This document shows positions 57,590 through 64,000 of a stretch of 64,000 nt of DNA, piece after piece. Source of the stretch: Gemmatimonadota bacterium. GTDB taxonomy: Bacteria; Gemmatimonadota; Gemmatimonadetes; Gemmatimonadales; GWC2-71-9. The position numbers and the translations under genes are program-made. The stretch is taken from assembly GCA_039588295.1 (NCBI GenBank), contig JBDHAB010000014.1, forward strand, positions 1-64,000. The letters run 5' to 3'. Position 1 is the stretch's first letter. Each line of letters opens with the position of its first letter. The notes beneath the pieces are model-generated. The model ran no database searches and was not told the origin of the DNA. It saw nothing but the letters and a program-made list of their open reading frames with translations.

Positions 57590-57664
57590 AGCCCGCGAGA
57601 GGATTCGAACCTCCGACTCCCTCATTACGAATGAGGTGCTCTAGCCGGACTGAGCTACACGGGC
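57590..57664 (-). tRNA. tRNA-Thr(CGT)
   Basis: Loop TTCGTAA. Confidence 0.9.
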
Positions 57665-57701
57665 GATTGATGTTGGTGTTCTCCTGTTGAAGTGAAGTGC
57701 T

Positions 57702-57775
57702 TGGAGCTGGCGGTGAGAATCGAACTCACGTCTTCGGGTTACAAATCCGGAGCTCTGCCATTGAGCTACGCCAGC
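57702..57775 (-). tRNA. tRNA-Thr(TGT)
   Basis: Loop TTTGTAA, TCCA. Confidence 0.9.
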
Positions 57776-57874
57776 GATAAGGCCGGCGTGGCCAGTCCGT
57801 GTCGAGCAACCCTTCCGGGCTCCCCGGCGGGTTTCTTCACTCAGTTGGAGTTCGGTAAATCCGCCGGGAAATGC

Positions 57875-57970
57875 TCAACACGGGGTCATATCGCCCATAA
57901 TGGGCAATACGACGGCCACGACGACCAGATTGGTCGTTGTCGTGGCTGTGTATGTCGTGGAGCGTTTCAT
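57875..57970 (-). CDS. Attenuator-type leader peptide MKRSTTYTATTTTNLVVVAVVLPIMGDMTPC
   Basis: 8 Thr and 5 Val codons, thrL-like start; between promoter and tRNA operon. Confidence 0.75.
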   Translation of the reverse strand: MKRSTTYTATTTTNLVVVAVVLPIMGDMTPC

Positions 57971-58018
57971 GGCGAAAAATCCGAAGCCGCTTTCCTGCCA
58001 AGGGAGGCGACCTGTCCA

Positions 58019-58047
58019 GGTGTACGCGCGCTTCGACGGGCTGTCAA
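58019..58047 (-). promoter_or_regulatory. Sigma70-like promoter of tRNA operon
   Basis: TTGACA-17-TACACC. Confidence 0.65.
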
Positions 58048-58071
58048 GCACCCTTGTTCACTTTTTTTGAA

Positions 58072-58851
58072 TCACCATCGCCACACGAACTCGTCGAGCC
58101 ACTGCTTGCGGCTCTCGTCGTCGAGCGCGAGGAAAGCCTGCTCCTCCGCCATCATCTCCACGTTGAAAGCGTCGGCAATCTTGCGGTGTGCGGTGCCGGG
58201 GTCGAACGCCCAAGGCTGCCAGGGGTAGTGGGCCCCCAGGCGATACTGGTTCTCCACCTCGATGATGCAGTCGATCCACGGCTTCATAGACGCCCACGTC
58301 ATCGTCTCACGGTCCATCTCGCGCTTGGCGAACTCCTGCCGGTGCAGGAGCTTGAGCGGGAGCGGGCTGTGCCCGAGGTTGTCGTTGATGGAACGCCCCG
58401 CGATGACGATGTTCGACTGGCCGTTACCGAGGCCGTTGTTGCGCTCGCATACGAGATGCTCCCGAGAGCACTCCCACGGAACGTAGTAGTGAAGAGCAAT
58501 CCGGAGGTCCGTAGGGACGAGGTACATCTGGACGCCCGTGTACCAACATCGCTGGGGGAGGCCCGCATCGAGGCCGAACCGCTTAGCCATCTTCACCGAG
58601 ACCCAGTCCCGGTTTTTATTGCGCTTTGCGATCTCGTCGTAGTGCATCCACACGAGCTCGGGGTCGTGCTGATCGCCCCCGGTCATCACCAGGAGCTCCC
58701 GGTCAGCGTACTTCTTGTAGCGAAGGAGGCGTCCGGTCTCGGGGTCAACACGGTTTAACGCGGCAACGCGCATCCGCTCTTGAAATTCGGGATCGTGTTT
58801 CCCTTTCCACTCGCGGAGCTTATCCCGGTTCTTTCGACCGTGACGGCCCAT
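58072..58851 (-). CDS. Hypothetical protein, degenerate HNH-like
   Basis: CWYTG..SREHLV..NIVIA..IN. Confidence 0.55.
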   Translation of the reverse strand: MGRHGRKNRDKLREWKGKHDPEFQERMRVAALNRVDPETGRLLRYKKYADRELLVMTGGDQHDPELVWMHYDEIAKRNKNRDWVSVKMAKRFGLDAGLPQRCWYTGVQMYLVPTDLRIALHYYVPWECSREHLVCERNNGLGNGQSNIVIAGRSINDNLGHSPLPLKLLHRQEFAKREMDRETMTWASMKPWIDCIIEVENQYRLGAHYPWQPWAFDPGTAHRKIADAFNVEMMAEEQAFLALDDESRKQWLDEFVWRW

Positions 58852-60128
58852 CAGTGTCGGGGAACATTCCCGGGGTCGACAGCGATCTTCGCCACGATCC
58901 TCTTGCACTCGGAACACGAAACCGTGAGGGCTCCGTTCTCGTAGGAGCACCAGGTGGGGGCACCGATGTGGCACTGGGGATGCAGGAACATCTCGGTGCT
59001 GTGGCTCTTGTGGTCACACCCCTCCACGGCGCACGTCATACCGTCGAGCGTCACCTGGGTCAGCGGCGGGAGGTTTTTGCGGCGCCCATTCTCCGCCTCG
59101 ACCACTTCCTCGTCGTCCCCCTCGTGGTCATGGCTCCCATGCTTGTGGGACAGTATCGGCCCCAACGCCGGATAGAATTTCATGGCGTCGTTGGGCATCT
59201 GCGGAAACCCAGAGACCTGACCGTCACCGATCTCCATGATGATCCACTCGCCGTCTGCCGTCTGTGCGAGGTCCATGGAGAAGAACTGGCTGTCCACCTT
59301 CGCCGCCAGCGCGCCGAGAGTTTCGAACGAAGGGAGATCCTCGATGGATTTCGGGGCCGAAAAACTGCGAGGCATACTCTCCTCCCAACCACCGTCGGGC
59401 TCCGGGACCTCGTGGGTGACACGCTCGTAGGCGTCCTCGTCCCAGTACTCGCTGATGTTGATGCTGTGTCCGTTGAGCCAGAAGATTCGGAACTCCTCCG
59501 ACATCGGCATCCCCGACTGAGGATGCTTGCCGATGGATTTGAGCGGCACGAACTGACGCAGGATCACACCCCCCTGGAGATCGTCACCCTGGCGCTCCAG
59601 GAAATTCGAGATCACGGTCTGGGCCTTCTCCATGTTGGGGATGAAGCACGCCTCCTCCCACTCGTGTTTCCTACTTTTCACGTAGTCCTTGATGAGGATG
59701 CCGTGCTCGTAACGACCGAGCATCTCCTGGGCAGTACGGAGGATCCTCTCGACACTGATCTCATGCTTCTGGATGATTGCGGAGTCGGGCGTCGAATCGA
59801 CGAGATCGAGGTACCAACCGGGGAACTCGTGAGCCTTCCGATACTGGTGGGGGGTGTTGATGAGGTCCACCAGGCAAACCTGGAGCTTCTCGTAGAGCTT
59901 CTCGTACTGATCGGACGTGAGCATCCACCCCCGGTAGATAGCCGGTGTGGGCTCCTCGAAATCAGGGACGTACTTCACGGCCGCTGCCGCATCGTCGTCG
60001 TTGACCAGGGACTCCCAGTGCACGAAAGCGACCTGATAGCCACACTGCTTGGCGATGTCGGCTTCGGTGGCCCAATCTGGGTCGGGTTTTTTGGGCTCGA
60101 AGGGATCGGATGGGAACAGGACGAGCAT
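58851..60128 (-). CDS. ATP-grasp domain protein (R2K-like clade) with C-terminal Cys/His cluster
   Basis: YRGWML, KDYVKS.KHEW, EFRIF, MDLA, EIGDGQVSG. Confidence 0.8.
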   Translation of the reverse strand: MLVLFPSDPFEPKKPDPDWATEADIAKQCGYQVAFVHWESLVNDDDAAAAVKYVPDFEEPTPAIYRGWMLTSDQYEKLYEKLQVCLVDLINTPHQYRKAHEFPGWYLDLVDSTPDSAIIQKHEISVERILRTAQEMLGRYEHGILIKDYVKSRKHEWEEACFIPNMEKAQTVISNFLERQGDDLQGGVILRQFVPLKSIGKHPQSGMPMSEEFRIFWLNGHSINISEYWDEDAYERVTHEVPEPDGGWEESMPRSFSAPKSIEDLPSFETLGALAAKVDSQFFSMDLAQTADGEWIIMEIGDGQVSGFPQMPNDAMKFYPALGPILSHKHGSHDHEGDDEEVVEAENGRRKNLPPLTQVTLDGMTCAVEGCDHKSHSTEMFLHPQCHIGAPTWCSYENGALTVSCSECKRIVAKIAVDPGNVPRH

Positions 60129-60163
60129 TACCTCGATTTTACCCCTATCGGGCCCCGTATCTG

Positions 60164-61180
60164 ATGGCACACGTCCATAAAGCACTCATTGTCCTGCTGT
60201 TTGCGCCTGCGTGCGACAAACAGGCTGACGACTCCGCAGCCAAGACTGATCCCGCTGCGAAGCTGGATGTCGGCGCAAAGCTCGATGTCGGGACCCCTGG
60301 GACGCACACGGTCAACTTCGTCAACCAGTGCTCCAGTGACATCTGGGTTGGATCAGTCGGCAATACCGGGTTCAGCGGTCTCAACAACGGCGGTTGGCAG
60401 ATGGGAGCCAAGGGCTCCGGCACCGACAAGACCACCCTCCAAGTTGAAGTGGGATGGAGCGGTCGTTTCTGGCCACGTACCGGGTGCACGTTCAACGATA
60501 AGGACCTCTGCGACGGGTTCACGCCCTGCTGCACGAGTGGCTCTTGTCTGACTGCGGACAACAAAACCTTCGGCCTGGAGTGCGCATATTCTGGGAAAGC
60601 CCCGGTGGGGATCGGCGAGTTCACGTTCGACGCCGCTGGAGGTCTCGGCCCCTATGACACCTACGATGTGAGCTTCGTTGATGGATGGGGGGAGTCCCTC
60701 TCTGTCGTGGCTGTGGCCGGCACCTTCAACCCGAAACCAGACCCAGGGTTGAAAGCTCCTTGGTGCACGGTGTCAGGATGCACTTCGGCGCCGACGTGTC
60801 CGAAGGGGCTCAGTGCCGGTGGCGATAGCTGCTGGAGCCCCTGTCAGAACGCGGTCAACAGCGGGGACCCCGATAGCACGCAGGCGAAACTCTGCTGCTC
60901 GTGCTCAATGACGAGTCCCATCACCTGCGGAGAGGCCACATGCGCTGGCGGCTACGGCTGCTCTCCCTACACGCAACCTCCGTGGCCGGCGGACCAGGTG
61001 TGCAATCCCTGGAACACGGACAAGAGCCGAGCGTGGGACACCACGAGCCAGGACTACATCGCCAACGTCCACAAAACGTGCCCCGGGGTCTACGCCTGGC
61101 AGTTCGATGATGTCAACGGAACGTACAACTGCCGCAAGACCAACGGCCTCGTGGACTACACCGTCACCTTCTGCCCGTAG
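60164..61180 (+). CDS. Thaumatin-family (PR-5-like) lipoprotein
   Basis: Lipobox-like APAC; VNQC..IWVG, WSGRFWPRTGC, YDVSFVDG, CP..YAWQFDD, YTVTFCP. Confidence 0.9.
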   Translation: MAHVHKALIVLLFAPACDKQADDSAAKTDPAAKLDVGAKLDVGTPGTHTVNFVNQCSSDIWVGSVGNTGFSGLNNGGWQMGAKGSGTDKTTLQVEVGWSGRFWPRTGCTFNDKDLCDGFTPCCTSGSCLTADNKTFGLECAYSGKAPVGIGEFTFDAAGGLGPYDTYDVSFVDGWGESLSVVAVAGTFNPKPDPGLKAPWCTVSGCTSAPTCPKGLSAGGDSCWSPCQNAVNSGDPDSTQAKLCCSCSMTSPITCGEATCAGGYGCSPYTQPPWPADQVCNPWNTDKSRAWDTTSQDYIANVHKTCPGVYAWQFDDVNGTYNCRKTNGLVDYTVTFCP

Positions 61181-61196
61181 CGGGTAGAGTGACGGC

Positions 61197-61886
61197 ATGC
61201 ACATCGTCGAACCTGGCTGGACCGTCCGCGCGTTCAGGCTCGACGGTACCTCTGTAGTAGGCACCGTCGAGTCAGGCCCTTACCGGGCCCAAGACGGGAA
61301 GATCGTGGACAAGACTGTCCGTCTGCACGACGGCTCCGAGCACCGTTCACATCTGTGCGAGCCCGCAGGAGAGACCTTGCGGACGTGGCCCGACAGCCAT
61401 CCAACGAAGGTGCACTTCGACCCCATCGCGTACGGGGCCATCGACAAAATACTCGGAGGACACTGGAGCAGCCACCTCACCGAGTACGTCGACATCGACT
61501 GGGAGCGGCGTACGATGAAGACCAATCAGCTCTCCACGTTTGTCGGGTCCACCAGGGTCTACGACAAAGACGGCTGCCTGGTGAAGGACGATGGTGATGT
61601 TCGGATGCCTGCAGAGGAGGTACTGGAAAAGCTGGCTCCGATTGCGTGGGCTTTCCAGGACGACGAGGTGGAGCGTCTCAAAGGCCCCATCACGGATGCC
61701 TTCCAAAACCTGCAAGCGCAAGGGATTGCCGTAGCCCACATCCATCTACCCCGATGGGCCAAAGGGATCTGGCCCGGGGAACGGGTCTTCGGAGTGCCCT
61801 TCTGCAAAGCGCCGTTCCCCATGGTCCTGTCACAGAAACACTACGGCCGCTTCGCAGCGATCATCGGCATCTTCGGGGCGCCCTAG
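61197..61886 (+). CDS. Hypothetical protein
   Basis: 229 aa ORF. Confidence 0.55.
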   Translation: MHIVEPGWTVRAFRLDGTSVVGTVESGPYRAQDGKIVDKTVRLHDGSEHRSHLCEPAGETLRTWPDSHPTKVHFDPIAYGAIDKILGGHWSSHLTEYVDIDWERRTMKTNQLSTFVGSTRVYDKDGCLVKDDGDVRMPAEEVLEKLAPIAWAFQDDEVERLKGPITDAFQNLQAQGIAVAHIHLPRWAKGIWPGERVFGVPFCKAPFPMVLSQKHYGRFAAIIGIFGAP

Positions 61887-62269
61887 AACAGACGGAGCTG
61901 GGCTCCCTCTTTGGTGAGCTTGTGGCTCGGGTCGTGGGCCTGGAGGGCAACCTCGACATCGTCCACCTGGGGCCAGTCAGACATTCCCTGATGGTTCTTG
62001 ATCGAGTGCGCGGCCATCCACTCGGCGGCGGTATCGAACACCTCCTCGGCCACGACCTCGTAGTAGCCCTCCTGACCGACGATCTCGCACATCAACTTGA
62101 GATCCTCTGCGAGATCTCCGTCCCGCATCCAGAGCTCGCCGTTGAGCTTCATGATGTCGTTCATCCACGCGGCAACGCGGTCAGCCTTGGCTTTATCGGT
62201 GAAGACCCCTGCGGTCCAATAGCCGTCTCCGGTCTGCTCTCCGTGGAAATTGATACTGTAGATCTCCAT
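61883..62269 (-). CDS. Hypothetical protein
   Basis: 128 aa ORF. Confidence 0.55.
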   Translation of the reverse strand: MEIYSINFHGEQTGDGYWTAGVFTDKAKADRVAAWMNDIMKLNGELWMRDGDLAEDLKLMCEIVGQEGYYEVVAEEVFDTAAEWMAAHSIKNHQGMSDWPQVDDVEVALQAHDPSHKLTKEGAQLRLF

Positions 62270-62320
62270 ATCGCTTCTACCCCTTGACAGGGGTATGACA
62301 GAGGGGTCAGTATTTTCACG

Positions 62321-62572
62321 ATGGCCGACGTGCTCAACACCGGGCTCCTAGAGCTCGACGAAATCCTCTCCGGGGAGGGGACCTTGCGCCGTGGTGAGCT
62401 GTCGGTCTTCGTGGCAATGCCACCGACCTCCAAGACGATCTTCTGGCGACAACAGCTCGAACGCGCGATGGAGGACGGCAAGACTGCCGTCTACATCGAC
62501 TACGAGATGAAACCGACGGACAGCCTTTCGGACCTGGGGGCCACACCCCCGGACAAGCCGATCAAGGTCTAG
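62321..62572 (+). CDS. Short DnaB/RecA-like fragment
   Basis: TGLLELDEIL..LRRGEL..AMPPTSKT..VYIDYEM; degenerate Walker A. Confidence 0.55.
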   Translation: MADVLNTGLLELDEILSGEGTLRRGELSVFVAMPPTSKTIFWRQQLERAMEDGKTAVYIDYEMKPTDSLSDLGATPPDKPIKV

Positions 62573-62623
62573 CCCAGTCCGGAGCATAGAGCTGACAGGA
62601 CTGGGCGGGCCGGAAAGGCCGTC

Positions 62624-62887
62624 ATGTCCAAGAGAGCTCTACGTCGTCATCACCGTGAGCGCATGCTTCAGCACTGCGCTCGCATCCTCAAGATCCGTTG
62701 GGACGAGTCACTCGCCACCGGGGACATCACCTTCGATGACATCGAGCGGTGGTCTCGGCTTCGTCGGGACAACTTCTCGTTCTGTTCCTGCTGGATGTGC
62801 TGCAACCCGCGGCGCCTTCGGAACTCGAACGGTCCTTCACGCACCGTGCAGGAACTCCGGGCGATGCAGGAGGTGGATGATGAGTAG
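62624..62887 (+). CDS. Basic Cys-motif protein (paralog 1)
   Basis: RALRRHH..CSCWMCCNPRR..RTVQE. Confidence 0.65.
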   Translation: MSKRALRRHHRERMLQHCARILKIRWDESLATGDITFDDIERWSRLRRDNFSFCSCWMCCNPRRLRNSNGPSRTVQELRAMQEVDDE

Positions 62888-63146
62888 GGCACTACGCCGA
62901 CACCACCGGCAACGGATGGTGAACAGGGCTCGTGCGCTCTTCCGACGGTGGGGGGACACCGAGGAGAGGATCCGACACACGGCGCCTCGACTCGCGGACA
63001 ACCTCTGCTGGTGCTCGTGCTACTCGTGCGGCAACCCGCGACGCCACTTTGGGTTCTGCATCTACGGCAAGACCAACAGTGTCCGAACCCGACAAGAGGT
63101 TTTCGCTGACCTCCAACTCCAAGAACAACTCGAAGAAATTGAATGA
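62880..63146 (+). CDS. Basic Cys-motif protein (paralog 2)
   Basis: RALRRHH..CSCYSCGNPRR..RTRQE. Confidence 0.65.
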   Translation: MSRALRRHHRQRMVNRARALFRRWGDTEERIRHTAPRLADNLCWCSCYSCGNPRRHFGFCIYGKTNSVRTRQEVFADLQLQEQLEEIE

Positions 63147-63151
63147 CTCGC

Positions 63152-63180
63152 TTGACACGAACGTCGAGCACGACTACAAC
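63152..63180 (+). promoter_or_regulatory. Sigma70-like promoter of Lys tRNA unit
   Basis: TTGACA-17-TACAAC. Confidence 0.65.
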
Positions 63181-63189
63181 GGCAAGACC

Positions 63190-63222
63190 ATGTTCTGCAT
63201 GAAACGCAAGACCAAGCTGTAG
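63190..63222 (+). CDS. Putative Lys-sensing leader peptide MFCMKRKTKL
   Basis: AAA, AAG, AAG codons right after the promoter, upstream of Lys tRNAs. Confidence 0.55.
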   Translation: MFCMKRKTKL

Positions 63223-63274
63223 CCCGAGGGGACGGACGCAATCCGCCTCTTGGGCGTCGATAGCGTTTATCCCC

Positions 63275-63352
63275 GGGCCGGTAGCTCAGTCTGCGCAGAG
63301 CGGTGGGTTCTTACCCCATAGGTCGAAGGTTCGATTCCTTCTCGGCTCACCA
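63275..63352 (+). tRNA. tRNA-Lys(CTT), divergent
   Basis: Loop TTCTTAC, ACCA. Confidence 0.8.
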
Positions 63353-63442
63353 ACGGGACCACGAACGGTACGAAAGACCGGCCGTGACCCGGGTGCCAGG
63401 ACACGCCCACTGATCGTGGGACCGTCACCCTGACACCACCCT

Positions 63443-63519
63443 GGGCCCATAGCTCAACCCGGCAGAGCGGCTGACTCTTAATCAGTAGGTTGTAGGTTCG
63501 ATTCCTACTGGGCTCACCA
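63443..63519 (+). tRNA. tRNA-Lys(CTT)
   Basis: Loop CTCTTAA, ACCA. Confidence 0.9.
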
Positions 63520-63580
63520 AGAAAGATCATCATGTTTCCAGCACACGACACTCTCAAACGCACCCTCGCTCCATCCCTTT

Positions 63581-63673
63581 GGGCGAGTTAAGCGTAGCCT
63601 GGCCGAACGCACCGGACTTTTAATCCGGAGGACGAAAGTCCCACCGGGGGTTCGAATCCCTCCTCGCTCTCCA
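63581..63673 (+). tRNA. tRNA with TTT anticodon and long variable arm
   Basis: Loop CTTTTAA, GGAC-GAAA-GTCC arm, TCCA. Confidence 0.75.
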
Positions 63674-63674
63674 A

Positions 63675-63751
63675 GGGCCACTAGCTCAACCTGGTAGAGC
63701 AGCGGGCTTTTAATCCGCGGGTTCCGAGTTCGATTCTCGGGTGGCCCTCCA
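63675..63751 (+). tRNA. tRNA-Lys(TTT)
   Basis: Loop CTTTTAA, TCCA. Confidence 0.9.
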
Positions 63752-63755
63752 ACAA

Positions 63756-63837
63756 GGAAATAGGATGCACAAAGGGGTATGCCCCTGGGCATTGGGTGGG
63801 CGGGACACCGTCTGGGGTTCGACTCCCCCTGTTTCCG
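63756..63837 (+). tRNA. Non-canonical 8/4 tRNA-like RNA with long variable arm
   Basis: GGAAATAG/CTGTTTCC acceptor, GGGG-TTCGACT-CCCC T-arm, G discriminator. Confidence 0.5.
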
Positions 63838-63961
63838 CAAAACGTCATGTCACTCTCCAAACACATCTTCTTCGGTTAGCCAGGTTCCAGCTTCGTTCAC
63901 AAGAGCAGGAACCTGAAACAGCTACTTGCGTTCACGCGCAAGAGGAAGTAGACAAATCGAC

Positions 63962-64000
63962 ATGGAAACGATCCTAGTAGAGATTCGCGCTGCGGAAGGG
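63962..64000 (+). CDS. Partial peptide chain release factor-like protein
   Basis: METILVEIRAAEG matches the class I RF EIRAGxGG motif; GAGGA upstream; only 13 codons visible. Confidence 0.55.
   Translation, partial: METILVEIRAAEG

Noticed and set aside
57665..57700. Thr leader between the two tRNA-Thr genes
   Set aside because: AGGAG is present but no ATG/GTG/TTG start follows
1..64000. Genome-wide amber (TAG) recoding, suggested by the possible CUA tRNA, the RF-like gene and in-frame TAG junctions at 1933 and 6875
   Set aside because: Long genes are intact in the standard code, TAG ends genes at natural domain ends (e.g. thaumatin), and downstream genes have their own RBS

Overview
A 64-kb segment of a large, GC-rich tailed (jumbo-type) phage. 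The host is probably a myxobacterium (Nannocystis/Enhygromyxa-like), inferred from Cys/Asp-rich lipoproteins. Bases 1-24 kb hold giant Gly/Thr-rich virion (fiber-like) genes on the minus strand. Bases 24-47 kb hold small accessory genes (cold-shock, M50 and M23 peptidases, RNase H, a CoaB-aldolase fusion, YccA/BI-1, RNA ligase, GH25 endolysin, macrodomain, RNase Z). Bases 47-64 kb are a translation/RNA island with about 20 tRNA genes and three striking systems. (1) Short leader ORFs rich in the cognate codons sit directly in front of tRNA genes (Thr/Val, Asp, Ile, His, Lys), suggesting ribosome-sensed, attenuation-like control of phage tRNA supply. (2) Six tRNA-mimic ncRNAs (circularly permuted, stem-enclosed or insert-bearing) share an ACAAGC module and resemble Y RNAs. 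(3) These RNAs flank an operon encoding a Ro60/TROVE-like VWA protein, a candidate E2-like protein, HNH, JAB, a ubiquitin-like protein ending in GG, and a ThiF/E1. All family calls come from motif recognition by eye; no searches were run.
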